Source of the DNA: Schizosaccharomyces osmophilus
Taxonomy: Eukaryota
NCBI RefSeq assembly: GCF_027921745.1
Contig: NC_079240.1
Span: 1,612,001-1,676,000 of the forward strand
Length of the DNA: 64,000 nucleotides
Reading direction: 5' to 3'
A program made the position numbers and the translations under genes. This document shows positions 12,764 through 23,881 of this stretch, one piece after another (the stretch's first letter is position 1; each line of letters begins with the position of its first letter). Under the pieces are notes generated by a model. The model did not search any database and had not been told where the DNA came from. It saw nothing but the letters and a program-made list of their open reading frames with translations.

Positions 12764-13737
12764 TTAAAACATTGGAGTAGTTGTTTTTTTCTTACCTAAC
12801 TGCATACCCTTCGCCCGAGGGGCAGATGCAGCATTTGCAGCAGAACGATATGATTCCATAGCAGATTCTTCTTCTGCATTAGCGGTCATGGTAGTATTGA
12901 CGGTTTGGTATCCAACCGACTCATAAATATCAGATGAAGCATGAAGAGCACCACGTTTAGCATCTTTCTTTTGCATTTCTAATTGTTTAATGCGACGTTT
13001 TCTTTCTTCGGTTGCTTCCAGTTCTTTATTCTAAACATCAGTGTTAGCCGTCTTAAGAACTCGAACAAAAATTAGGACAGTCATCCATAAATGGATATAT
13101 TGTTGCAAATAAAATATTTCTCAACATATATTCCAACTACATAAGGATTTGCCCATGATAGAGCATGTCTATTGCAGTACTTACCCTTGAGACAATTTCT
13201 TGAATCTTTTCTTCATGACTTTCCATTTCCAAGTACATTTTGACCTGTGGGAGCGTAACATTATCCCGGTAACCCAGGCTCGTAACTTCGTCAAATGCTA
13301 CGAAAATCTCAAAAGCATATTCCAAAATCTCTCTTTCATCTGAAGACGCACATATAGAAGTTAATGCTTGGGACAGTAAATGAAGAGTGTCAATGTCTTG
13401 TAAAATATTTGATTGCAAATTCGTCGTCAATACCATGTACAGTTCATCAAAAGGTTGGTATACGAAACGAACATTTTCTGTCTCTACAGTCGTATTTTGT
13501 GATTTTCCAGAAACCAATCCAGGAAAGGATGACAAAAGACTCTCGACACGAGCCCTAGACATTTCACGGAATTGACGGGAAATAATGGCTAGTCAAAATG
13601 TTAATTCACTTTCTACCCTCAACAAACAGCCGAGATATCTTGTTACAACGAACCTTTACCACCTCGATTCACAATACTTGCTGCTAACACAACCTAACAG
13701 GAATTAGCACATCATTTCACTTCTTGTAGCATACCAT
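12764..13737 (-). CDS. ret2: Coatomer delta subunit Ret2 (multi-exon, short form)
   Basis: ATG 13737 followed directly by GTATGC intron, then VVLAA; SRQFREMSRARVESLL, VRFVYQP, SNILQDIDTL, LEMESHEEKIQEI; ends GMQLGKKKTTTPMF. Confidence 0.9.
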
Positions 13738-14231
13738 TTTAAAAAAGAAATTGCAATCGAATTGGAACAACCAAATCTATGATTTTGTTAATGGAAGGTA
13801 GATTCGCATGGTGTTGCATGAAAGGAGGTTTGCATAGAATTTCGATGTCGTAATAATTTCTACCGAAATGTACCACGGTCTTATAATAATTTGCGATGGT
13901 TGGTGTAGCTCTTTATCAGGAAAAAGTAAATAAACATTCCAAAAGAAAAATAAAATCAGAATAAGCCAAATCTAAGATAAATCAATCAATTTCCATGGAA
14001 TCGTATCCAAATGTATGTTTTTAATTAGGGAATTGATTTCATTTTGGTTCTTTTCGAAGCGAATCGACTTTTTCATTTTACTCATATTTGCAAAAGCCTC
14101 AATAAAACAAATCCACCTTTGAGTTGGATGAATAGATTTTCCCAGTAATATGTAAGAAAACACTTTTTTCTTTTAAAAATGAAAAACAAAATACAGAGGA
14201 ATCCAAAACAATAATAATTGTAAAAAAAGAA

Positions 14232-14306
14232 CTCCCACTGCGAGACTCGAACTCGCAACCTTCCGGTTAAAAGCCGGACGCTCTAATCCGATTGAGCTAA
14301 ACGGGA
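14232..14306 (-). tRNA. tRNA-Lys (anticodon UUU), intronless
   Basis: Minus strand TCCCGTTTAGCTCAATCGGATTAGAGCGTCCGGCTTTTAACCGGAAGGTTGCGAGTTCGAGTCTCGCAGTGGGAG: cloverleaf, anticodon arm CCGG-CTTTTAA-CCGG, GTTCGA T-loop, downstream oligo-T Pol III terminator. Confidence 0.96.
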
Positions 14307-14638
14307 CTTGTTGATAACTACAGTTTAGAAAACACTGTATAGTAAAAATATAAATTAAGTAACTCCTATAGATTTGTATTGTTTCTTACTTAGCTGCTTT
14401 GTACGCATAATAGATCCCTTATAAAGGTAAAAGGCTTCTACTTTTGATTCTTTTATCGTTCTATGAATTCGATCTTCTGAACGGGTGGATTTTCGAGATA
14501 ACATATTCGAGCGTAGATCAGGATATACGGTATCGAACGATTGGGGAAAGATTTTACAAGTCACTATATGGACCGTCAACAAAGACTGGAAGTGAAGGCT
14601 TTCTGACTCTGCACCATCCTAGACGCGTTAAAACAAGG

Positions 14639-15376
14639 ATGTCGATCGTCAATATCCTAAGCGTGAATGTCTTGAACAATCCAGCCAAGTTTTCAGACTC
14701 GTACAAATTCGAAATCACTTTTGAGTGCTTAGAACCGTTGAAAAGCGACCTGGAATGGAAATTAACGTACGTGGGTAGTGCTACATCTCAAAGCTATGAT
14801 CAAATTTTGGACACGCTTTTGGTGGGACCTATTCCTATTGGAATCAACAAGTTTGTTTTTGAAGCAGATCCACCCAACATCGACTTGCTTCCAGAACTCA
14901 GCGATGTATTAGGAGTTACAGTGATTTTGCTGTCTTGTGCTTATGAGGAAAACGAATTTGTTCGCGTTGGTTATTATGTAAACAACGAAATGGAGGGAAT
15001 CAACTTGCAAGAAATGGAAGATACCGAAATCAAGAAAGTCAAGGTTGACATTTCAAAAGTATGGAGAAACATCCTAGCCGAGAAACCAAGGGTGACAAGG
15101 TTCAACATTCAGTGGGATAATCCTGACTTTGATGATGCACCGCCTGTTCATCCAGAAGCCGAGGAGGAGGAGGAAGAAGAAGAGCCAGAGGAGGCCGACG
15201 AGGAACTCGAAGAGGACGGGGAACCCGAGGAAGAAGACGAAGACGAGGAAGAAGATGCTGGTGATGAGGAGGAAGAAGAAGAAATTGATATCGAAGACGA
15301 AGAAGAACCTTCCACCTCCCAACCTCAAAATCCCAAAAAAGAATCTAAAGCTCCCGATTCCACCGAGAAACAGTAA
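14639..15376 (+). CDS. asf1: Histone H3-H4 chaperone Asf1 (Cia1)
   Basis: [18 protein letters not shown]...[11 protein letters not shown]...[12 protein letters not shown]...[12 protein letters not shown]...[12 protein letters not shown] plus acidic tail; true ATG 14639. Confidence 0.97.
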   Translation: MSIVNILSVNVLNNPAKFSDSYKFEITFECLEPLKSDLEWKLTYVGSATSQSYDQILDTLLVGPIPIGINKFVFEADPPNIDLLPELSDVLGVTVILLSCAYEENEFVRVGYYVNNEMEGINLQEMEDTEIKKVKVDISKVWRNILAEKPRVTRFNIQWDNPDFDDAPPVHPEAEEEEEEEEPEEADEELEEDGEPEEEDEDEEEDAGDEEEEEEIDIEDEEEPSTSQPQNPKKESKAPDSTEKQ

Positions 15377-15826
15377 ATTCGAATAATTGTTTTTGTTGAA
15401 TGAATATCCATTCCCAATCCCTTTGTCGTCCTTTTCACTGGTCCTAAAACTCCGTTGATAATTATTCCTCAAGCTTGGAGCTCTTTAAGCACTAGAGTCT
15501 TGCCCTTCTTTGTCTTTCTTTTCTGCCAATACGAAGCGATATAATGCACCAGCACAGGGTTGTAGGGCTGGTTTCCTCAGTAGATTTGTTTATTTATGTT
15601 TTTGTTTACACGGTTCAGTCCGTGTATGAAGGACAAACCATCCTTTGCTCTTTAATCATTTTGTTTTTCTTTTCCTGAGATAGCGCGCTGCATCACCTTT
15701 CGTAACCCAAGGTCACAACCATTGAGTAACAGCCACGTAGGCTGAATGCGAACACTCAGACCATGATTTGACAGTACGCCTCAACCTATACTTTGAAAAA
15801 AAAAACCAGAAAAAGCGCATTCCTCG

Positions 15827-16114
15827 ATGAGTACGGATTCCTTACCACGCAATTTAATGGAGCAGTAAGTGCATGGACAAGAATTGTGCTAAGAAAGCAG
15901 AAAAGCAATGGAGCTCCAGCAGCAATTGCAAGGTACGAATGCTTAAAATGAATGGCAAATTCGTGAACAATGGCTAATTTAAACAGCACTGTTGGACGAA
16001 ATTGATCAAAATAAACAGGAATCGGAAAACATTAGCAGAGAGAGTGAGTATCTGTGCCAATATATTGGTAGCATGATGGCCTTCCAAAATCGGCAAAACG
16101 TCCTTAAAAAGTGA
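15827..16114 (+). CDS. Short coiled-coil protein, SCOC/Slo1 (DUF2205)-like, 65 aa; exons 15827-15864, 15901-15932, 15987-16114
   Basis: Introns GTAAGT..GCTAAG..CAG (36 nt) and GTACGA..GCTAAT..CAG (54 nt) join to MSTDSLPRNLMEQKAMELQQQLQALLDEIDQNKQESENISRESEYLCQYIGSMMAFQNRQNVLKK, resembling the SCOC motif ENxxLxQYIxNLM; absent from the ORF track. Confidence 0.8.
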
Positions 16115-17350
16115 GCATCTCATCATGAATCGTGTTTCAAGTGGAACCTTCTTACCAAAGAAAGACGCGCCTGCAACCGAGAAACCAATCCTGGCCTTCC
16201 TTGGAGTCATGCTTCGGTCCATCCGATCTATTTTCAGATGAAGTCATAAGAAGTTTACGAAAGCAAAAACTCTTTTTCACTACCCATCTGGTAATCATGG
16301 ACGATGGTTTCGGACTGTACCAATTTGCATTCCTTTTTCTTTTCCCCTTAATCACATATCAGGTTGTTCGCTTTGTCTACAATTATTTTTCATGAAAATG
16401 TTATTGTTAACTTTTTCCACGATTATTTCTTTGCGTTTTGTCCCGATCGAATGAATCAATTCTTCAACGTTCTTACAGTCGACGTAGGTAAGGGGTTCGT
16501 TTCCGTTATCGAGCATCCTATACTTGCGCTTTTTCCTTTCTATTTTCCCCTTTGTCAGTTCTTCACGTATTCTTATTCTCTATCCTGTTCCCGTTTCGTT
16601 TGGGCTCACCCATCTTTTCTTTTCCCTTCTGTTCTGTAACCTTAGTCTTGTTTTCTTTTTTGTTTATTATAACTGAATTTGAATCTTAAAAAAAAGAGCA
16701 TGACCCCATTGAACAAGATTCATTCATCATTTGCGTGTTATGTTGCGGTTTCATTCCTAGTCTTTTGCGTATTTTAGAATGCACTTAATTTAATGCTACT
16801 TTTTCACATATGTTTTTCAACAAGTAGAGACTTGTAATCAAATGCATATCGCTGCAACTCACAAGTTCACAACGGCCACAAAATTTTGGCAATTCATCAA
16901 AAAGGCAGCATAGACAGTTCCTTAAAACAAAGAATTTACAAACAAGAACGGTTTCTCTGTCATTTCCTTTCATAAATACTATGCAAGTTTAATGAATTGC
17001 GCTCAAATCTGCATCTCAACTCACCTTTGTCTAAAACCCGTTTTTCCCTCTCCAGCCATTCTTTACGCTTATGTTACGAAGGTTTACTCTGCTACTCCTG
17101 ACTACACAGCTACAGCGGCTTGGTCAAATCTCACAAATACAAAGATATACAACCATTAGCCTACGCCAATATATGAAGAAAAAAGAATATGAGGTTGACT
17201 CAATAAAATGCGATCCATTCAAAAATTTGCACAAAAACGGAACACTATATGAAAGAAAAACACATAATCCAATACAGAAGTACAACCGAACTAGTCTTTG
17301 ATTAGCTGCCACGTTCGAAACCAATGTACACTCAATTTTCCTTACCATTT

Positions 17351-17506
17351 TTAAAGGTTCAACTTAGTACGTCTCCAGTGTCTTCTCTTCATGTTGTAAT
17401 GGATGGTGTTTCCAGTACGAAGGCGGATCCACTGAGGGATGGGGCGGTTTTGACGCTGAGCCTTAGCAAGCTTTTGCTTGGTACGGAAAGTCTTGTTGGC
17501 AGGCAT
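17351..17506 (-). CDS. rpl39: 60S ribosomal protein L39 (eL39)
   Basis: [51 protein letters not shown], 51 aa. Confidence 0.98.
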   Translation of the reverse strand: MPANKTFRTKQKLAKAQRQNRPIPQWIRLRTGNTIHYNMKRRHWRRTKLNL

Positions 17507-17566
17507 TTTGTGAAGAGTAGATTGCATACTCTGGCTACAAATCCTTTTGTGACTATCCAAAAAATA

Positions 17567-17574
17567 TGTGACTG
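17567..17574 (-). promoter_or_regulatory. Homol D box (CAGTCACA) of the rpl39 promoter
   Basis: TGTGACTG on + strand about 60 bp upstream of the rpl39 ATG; core element of fission-yeast ribosomal protein promoters. Confidence 0.8.
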
Positions 17575-17935
17575 TTTTTTGGGTAGACCACAACGTACAG
17601 TTAGCCGTCGCTAAAAGTTACGTTAAAGCATGTAAACATAAAGATGTAAACAAACGAAATATGTAAATTCCTATTTCGTGTTTTGCAAACGGTGGAATGG
17701 TAAACAAACAGAAAACAACACCTTAAAGGATCGTCTTTTCCAAACCCTTATATCGTATATCCCATTTGCAAAAGGAATCTACAAAATAATAATCAATATT
17801 AAGTAAAATTCATTCGTATCTAAGTTCTATATAACTTGTATCAGAAATGTAGAAAAGTTTGGATTCCACAACACCAAAAAGCATGTAAGGGGAGTTGCCT
17901 TCTTTTATATTTATTTTACTCCTTTTATCTCTTTT

Positions 17936-20900
17936 TTACTTTGTTTCATCTGCTCCAAGACCTTGTTCGACCACGAGTTCATGATAACGACCGCCTTGGT
18001 TCACAAGTTCATTGTGTGTACCAGCTTCAGCAATTACGCCTCCATCAAATACAAAGATACAGTCAGCATTCTGAATTGTTGATAAGCGATGAGCAATTGC
18101 TACAGTGGTACGTCCTTCTGAAGCTTTGTTTAAAGCTTCTTGTACCACCTTTTCACTATGACTGTCCAAAGCACTGGTTGCCTCATCTAACAGTAAAATT
18201 TTAGGATTTCGAATCAAGGCACGAGCAATAGCGATTCTCTGTTTCTGTCCACCAGACAGAGATGACCCTTTCTGTCCCGAAAGCGTTTCATAACCGTTAG
18301 GCAAACCCATGATAAAATCATGAATATTAGCCATCTTACAGCATCCAATAAGTTCTTCTTCCTTTACTTTTCTTGAAGCACCAAGAAGGATATTCTCTCG
18401 AATACTTCCCTGGTATAAGGTTGGCTCTTGCGACACGAGAGCTATTTGCTTGCGGTAGTCATTAATGTTGTAGTCACGGATATCGACACCTCCAACTTTT
18501 ACAGATCCACTTTCGCAGTCATAAAAGCGTTCAATTAAGCCAATCGTTGTTGACTTACCGCATCCTGAAGCACCCACGAAAGCAACAAATTGACCAGGTT
18601 TAACCGTCAAGTTGAGACCACGAAGTACCTGGATGTGCTTTCTCGTAGGGTACCGGAATGTTACATCTTCAAATACAATGGAGGAATCTTCCAAAGATTC
18701 AATTTTGCGTCCTTCTTCAGACCAGGTATCAATTTTTGGTCTACTATCACACAAATGTTTAATTGATCCAGCGCTCGATTTTGCTTTCGTAAAGTCACCT
18801 GCAAAGCCCAAAAATTGTCCAGCTTGCTGGATACCGAAGACAATAGCTATAAAGCAAGTATAAAATTGGGCTAAATTATATTCACCTCTTCTCATCAGTG
18901 TAGCACCATACCAAAATGCCAGCGCATTGACCAAAAATGTAACTGCTTGCGACGCAGAAAAGAACAAACCAGATATTAGGGAAGATACAGCTGTTTCTCT
19001 ACCAGGTTGAACCAACGATGTACAGTAAATTTCATATACGTTTGATTCTCTGGTGAGACTGGCAACTGTTCTAATGGCTGATGTAGATTCGCAAGCATAT
19101 GCAGCAGACGATTTGTACGCAGTTGACAACTTACTCTGAATACGATTCAATGCAGCAACCCGATAATAACCAGCCATAATCATGACAGGGGAAGTAGCTA
19201 ATGTAACCAAAGCCAGCTTCCATCCAGTGGCCAGTGAAAGAATTGAAACAGAAATTATATTTGTAAAAATTTGCACAAATGTTCCAAGATAAAATCCTGA
19301 CAGGCCCTCTAGGTTCTGAATGGAGGTTGAAAGTGAAGTAGTCAAAGCACCTACTGTATTCTCAGCACGGTCAAAGAATTCGATATCCTGACGAAGGAGG
19401 GTACGGAAGAGATGCCAGCGAATACGTTGTTGAAGACACTCCAGCACATAAGACAAAGAATATTGACTTAAAGAATAACCGAATAATTCTGCAATAGCAA
19501 GAATCAACCAGTAAACTCCAAATACATTAATTTTATGAAAGTAATTCGGCGAGTTCAAATCTGTAAAGATATTCAAAAACCTGGCATACACCACTGCTTG
19601 TACGGGGTACGCGGCACCACAAACCATGGATGCTAAGATACCGATCATAAGGTACAAAAATTCTAAAGTACCTTCAACAAAAGAATGAATAAAAACCATT
19701 GCTCTCCAGGAGCTGATGTCAGTTGCGTTACTCTCAAGCTGCGAAGAAGAGTCAAGTTCTACACTCGGAGTTTCGTCATCCAGGGCGTCCATAGTTTTAT
19801 TTGGCAAATCCGGAACGGGATCGAATGGCAAGTGACCAAGTGGAGTATCGCGAAGCGAGATTGCGTCTTTTTCTTTTTCATAAAATGAATTGCGAGTCGA
19901 AGAGCTATCATCTTCACCTTGTGTAGTCGTATGAACAATTTCGTCAACTTCCTCTTCTCCCGGTTCAATGACAGCATCATCGTTATTCGTTTCAGCGAGT
20001 TGCTGCACTTCAACTAATTTGGCATAAGCTCCATTAAAAACCAATAAATCAGAGTGCTTTCCCTGTTCAACAATCTTTCCATTATTGACTACTACGATGT
20101 TATCGGCATTGCGGATTGTTGATAAACGATGAGCAATGACAATTGTTGTGCGAGATCTAGAAGCATTGTCTAGAGCCTTTTGAACAATAACTTCGCTTTT
20201 TGAATCTAAAGCACTTGTCGCTTCATCCAAAAGTAAAATTTTAGGATCACTAATAATAGCTCTGGCAATTGCAATTCTTTGCTTTTGTCCACCCGACATT
20301 AAAAAGCCGCGCTGGCCTACATTGGTATCAAATTGTTCGGTCAAAGTCATTATAAAATCATAAGCATTTGCGGTCTTGGCAGCATCGTAAACGCGCTCTC
20401 GCAGTTCATCCTCGGTAAGTGTTGATTGCATATCGTCAGTCAATCCATAAGCAATGTTATCAAAAACGGTAGCTCCAAACAGAACTGGCTCTTGCTGCAC
20501 TAGAGAGATATGAGCGCGTAAAGAAGCAACGTTTAAATCACGAAGATCTTCACCATCCACCATAACCTGTCCTGCAATAGGATCATAGAATCGCTCGACA
20601 AGACCTACTATAGTGGACTTTCCACTACCACTCGCACCGACAAGTGCAGTGATTCTACCAGCTGGGCACAGCAAAGAAAAGTTGTTTAAAACCACAACTT
20701 CAGGTCTGGTAGGGTATACGAACTTTATATTCTTCAATTCTATTTCTCCATTAAGATGTTGAATGGTTTTACCAGTGGGCGAGAAGGCGTCAATTGGACT
20801 CGCTCGGTCGATCGTGTCAAAAATCTTTTTGGCAGCTGACGAGCAATTTACAAACGCTTGCATTCTTGGAGCGATATTTGCCAAACTATAAGACGCAATT

Positions 20901-21970
20901 AGGACAGCAAAGAAACAATTAATCATTTTGTCGACATTTATTTCTCCAGAATGCAAAAGACGGCCACCTTCCCAGAAAGCAAGACCATAAGCACCATAAC
21001 CAACAAAAAACATCCATCCCATCATGATACCCTTAACCATGGATTTCTTGACGCCATTGACTTTGGCAGGGTTCAAAAACTTTGTATAAGAGTCGGATAG
21101 TAAGTTCTGGGTACCAAATGCAAATGTATTACGTATATTGGATAAAACCTCTTCAACAAAAGTACTAGAACTGGATAGCTGGGCAATCTGGGCTTTCGTA
21201 AACTGTGTTATAAATTTAACACCGCAAGTAATGCCACCAAGAATCGCCAACAGCATGGAACTGATAATAAGGGTGAACTTCCAATGCCGAATGAAAGCAA
21301 TGACGAATCCAGACAGAAACGTAGCAAGAGCAAAAAGCACCAAACCAACCTTTTCGCCCAAACCATCTTGAATGTAATCTGTGTCACTAGTAATACGCGT
21401 GGTTATTTCGCCTGCACCAAGACGATCAAAGTAACCGATGTTTTGACTGAGGACGGCATGCAGATATTGTTGGCGAATGCGACGAGAAATCCGTTCACCA
21501 GATATGATAAATGTGACTGTAAAGGTATAAGAACACCCAAAAACACCGATGGCAATATAAATAAAATACAGTACAAAATGGTTAACGTCGTGTTGGAAGG
21601 TCTCAGCACCACGACCGCTTGCAAGATCGGTAAAAGCTTTGGCTAATTTACCAGCGACAACGGACATCAAGGGCATACCAAGTCCAGCACCAATAGCGGT
21701 GATACAGCCAGCCAACTGAAGCAAATAATCCCATTTATCACCGCATGTAACAATTCGCATATACCCTGCTACTTTCGCCTTGGTATCATTCACCTGACGA
21801 TACAAGATCTCGCGCTCTTTTGGAGTATACTGTTGAAAAGGATCTTTTACAACATCGACAATTTTTTCTGAATTCTCAACGCTACTCGTGGAAAACTTAT
21901 CGACAAGTATGCTCTCATTATCTTTTTCAATATTAAATTTGTTCGACTCCGAATTTCTTGAAAACGACAT
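17936..21970 (-). CDS. pmd1: Full-length ABCB/MDR (P-glycoprotein-like) efflux transporter Pmd1
   Basis: 1344 aa TMD-NBD-TMD-NBD; Walker A GASGSGKST/GASGCGKST, signature (M/L)SGGQKQRIAIAR, LLLDEATSALD twice; next to rpl39. Confidence 0.9.
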   Translation of the reverse strand: MSFSRNSESNKFNIEKDNESILVDKFSTSSVENSEKIVDVVKDPFQQYTPKEREILYRQVNDTKAKVAGYMRIVTCGDKWDYLLQLAGCITAIGAGLGMPLMSVVAGKLAKAFTDLASGRGAETFQHDVNHFVLYFIYIAIGVFGCSYTFTVTFIISGERISRRIRQQYLHAVLSQNIGYFDRLGAGEITTRITSDTDYIQDGLGEKVGLVLFALATFLSGFVIAFIRHWKFTLIISSMLLAILGGITCGVKFITQFTKAQIAQLSSSSTFVEEVLSNIRNTFAFGTQNLLSDSYTKFLNPAKVNGVKKSMVKGIMMGWMFFVGYGAYGLAFWEGGRLLHSGEINVDKMINCFFAVLIASYSLANIAPRMQAFVNCSSAAKKIFDTIDRASPIDAFSPTGKTIQHLNGEIELKNIKFVYPTRPEVVVLNNFSLLCPAGRITALVGASGSGKSTIVGLVERFYDPIAGQVMVDGEDLRDLNVASLRAHISLVQQEPVLFGATVFDNIAYGLTDDMQSTLTEDELRERVYDAAKTANAYDFIMTLTEQFDTNVGQRGFLMSGGQKQRIAIARAIISDPKILLLDEATSALDSKSEVIVQKALDNASRSRTTIVIAHRLSTIRNADNIVVVNNGKIVEQGKHSDLLVFNGAYAKLVEVQQLAETNNDDAVIEPGEEEVDEIVHTTTQGEDDSSSTRNSFYEKEKDAISLRDTPLGHLPFDPVPDLPNKTMDALDDETPSVELDSSSQLESNATDISSWRAMVFIHSFVEGTLEFLYLMIGILASMVCGAAYPVQAVVYARFLNIFTDLNSPNYFHKINVFGVYWLILAIAELFGYSLSQYSLSYVLECLQQRIRWHLFRTLLRQDIEFFDRAENTVGALTTSLSTSIQNLEGLSGFYLGTFVQIFTNIISVSILSLATGWKLALVTLATSPVMIMAGYYRVAALNRIQSKLSTAYKSSAAYACESTSAIRTVASLTRESNVYEIYCTSLVQPGRETAVSSLISGLFFSASQAVTFLVNALAFWYGATLMRRGEYNLAQFYTCFIAIVFGIQQAGQFLGFAGDFTKAKSSAGSIKHLCDSRPKIDTWSEEGRKIESLEDSSIVFEDVTFRYPTRKHIQVLRGLNLTVKPGQFVAFVGASGCGKSTTIGLIERFYDCESGSVKVGGVDIRDYNINDYRKQIALVSQEPTLYQGSIRENILLGASRKVKEEELIGCCKMANIHDFIMGLPNGYETLSGQKGSSLSGGQKQRIAIARALIRNPKILLLDEATSALDSHSEKVVQEALNKASEGRTTVAIAHRLSTIQNADCIFVFDGGVIAEAGTHNELVNQGGRYHELVVEQGLGADETK

Positions 21971-22194
21971 CGTGAAAAATTATGAAATTAAGTAAGAAAA
22001 TCCGCCAAAAACAAAAGAAGGGAGGATGAGAAGAGCCAAGAAAGAGAAAACCTAAGAACCCAATCGAATCTATATAGGGAATAAATCGGTAAAATAAATA
22101 AATGAATCAAGGTCCAATACCCAAAGAAATTACCAGTTGAGAGATTAAAAAAAGCGTGTCAATGGAACTTAGAAGATGCAACAATGACAAAATC

Positions 22195-23835
22195 GTAAAC
22201 AAGGCCAACGATTCTTTCAATTGCTGGAATTGCTTCCAGATATTTTATAAAAGAACGTGTTTAAAAAGAACCAAGAAATGGTAAAAAAACGTATGTAAAA
22301 GGCGAAATCAATCGGCGCGTAGATTTATATGCAAAATCCCGAATCCACGACCGCCATGGAGTTAAGTATGTACAAGAGTATAACTAGTAGAGCTAAAACT
22401 TTGAGACTCCCAGTCCAATCTCCTCGGAGGTTACCAAAATCAGATTGTGGCTAAATTAAACCCAAAGAGAGGAATAAGCTATATCTTAACGATTTGTTAC
22501 GACGAATAGTAAATAAAGCGAATGTAAACAAATAAAAAAAAGCGTAAATAAAGTGAAATGTCAAAAAATGGACATGTAGTTGTTGAATCTCACATTTTTT
22601 TTTCACGGGCGTTCTACAAGGTAGGGTGGCGGTTTTCGAAAATCAGGGAATAGAAACATATCATACAAAAAAATTCCTACAGTTGAGAAGTATGTTCGCG
22701 GAGTAATGTTAGTCTTAGTTTACAGGCATCCAAGGAATTATATTTTTATGGATTGGTTCTCCACTCTAGAAGTAATCATCAACCCTTCAGTTAGGATCAG
22801 TCGTACTTTTAAGGTCTTGAGTAGTCACAAACCGGTTGAGCATTATTCAGACTGAGCAGTGGTTCACCCCTCACTAGGGAATTGGTAGAAAACGGTCGAG
22901 TGCATCTTTGCTTGCTTTGTATACTCTGAAGCAAGCCAATCGGATTCCCGATCAAACATGAAAACTTAACCTCTACGGCAGTTCACAAACATGTGGATGA
23001 CTTGCTGCTTTCAACGAACAACTTGCCATTTATTTTTTTCTTGATCCGATCTGGGCCTGTTCTTTCCTTCGCTTTCGCAAATTGATGTTCTCAAGTTAAG
23101 GCCATCGAACGCTAATAACGCTTTAGCACCGAGGCAGTTCGGCCGAAATTCCAAGTCAACCTGTATGCCCATGCATTCTCTCTAAACCTGGAAAATAATT
23201 TCTTAGGAAAACTGCCGGGCATCAGCTTTATATAAGAACCGACGTACGATTCGGTAATTCATTTCAGATAAGAGACATACATCGAGGGCAAGAAACGAAA
23301 ACATTTTTACCTCGTTTCCCTTTATCTTGATTTCCATCTTTCCAATGTCATGGTCAACCGAAGACATACTACTAATTCATAGTGGGAGGAACTTCGCCAA
23401 AAGAATGACTTTAAAAAAGGACCTGGAGAAAAACGAAAAAAGAATGAGAAAAAAACAAACAAACAAATCATTTCGTAAATAGCTATAGTTTAAATCCTTT
23501 GGTTTCAATGCGCATTCGTGCATGTCGTCGAAATCCACATAAAGAATTAGGGGTTTTGAGGGAAAATCAATTTATCATTGAGGTTTATTTGCCAATGAAG
23601 AAAACAATCCTTTGTATGTATTTTTTTTGTCGTTGTGAGGGTAAACAAACAGTTTGCTTCATCGAAAATTTTTCTTCGTACGAAGGCGGAAACACACGCA
23701 TGGCACGGACGAGGACTGATATGAATAATTATATATATGTAGTGCTTTCTTTCATAATTTTGAATCAAGACAGCTTTTAAAACGTTATTGATTTACGGTT
23801 ACTCCCTTCTGACTAGAAAGCAAATCTCGTAAACA
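22195..23835 (+). promoter_or_regulatory. Cluster of seven forkhead/FLEX (GTAAAYA) motifs in the divergent pmd1 / NRPS-like spacer
   Basis: GTAAAYA at 22195, 22509, 22524, 22544, 23475, 23641 (full GTAAACAAACA) and 23829, all on + strand. Confidence 0.5.
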
Positions 23836-23881
23836 TTAAAGAACCCGTAACTTTACGTTGACCTTGCGATACCTTTTTGAA

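Noticed and set aside
14444..14638. N-terminal extensions in the ORF track (asf1; likewise nup60, gtr2, rpl39, ekc1, A-T-R)
   Set aside because: They start at non-ATG or upstream codons; family conservation begins at the downstream ATG.
15074..15472. Hydrophobic 132-aa ORF opposite asf1
   Set aside because: Antisense read of the GAA/GAG-rich acidic tail.
16132..16639. Hydrophobic short ORFs downstream of the SCOC-like gene
   Set aside because: T-rich 3' UTR-like sequence with no motifs or splice support.
21971..23881. Search for wtf gene, 5S rDNA or LTR remnants in the pmd1/A-T-R and ekc1/coq3 spacers
   Set aside because: No 5S sequence, Wtf-like exon pattern or LTR recognisable by eye; ORFs 23499-23780 and 23547-23768 look non-coding.
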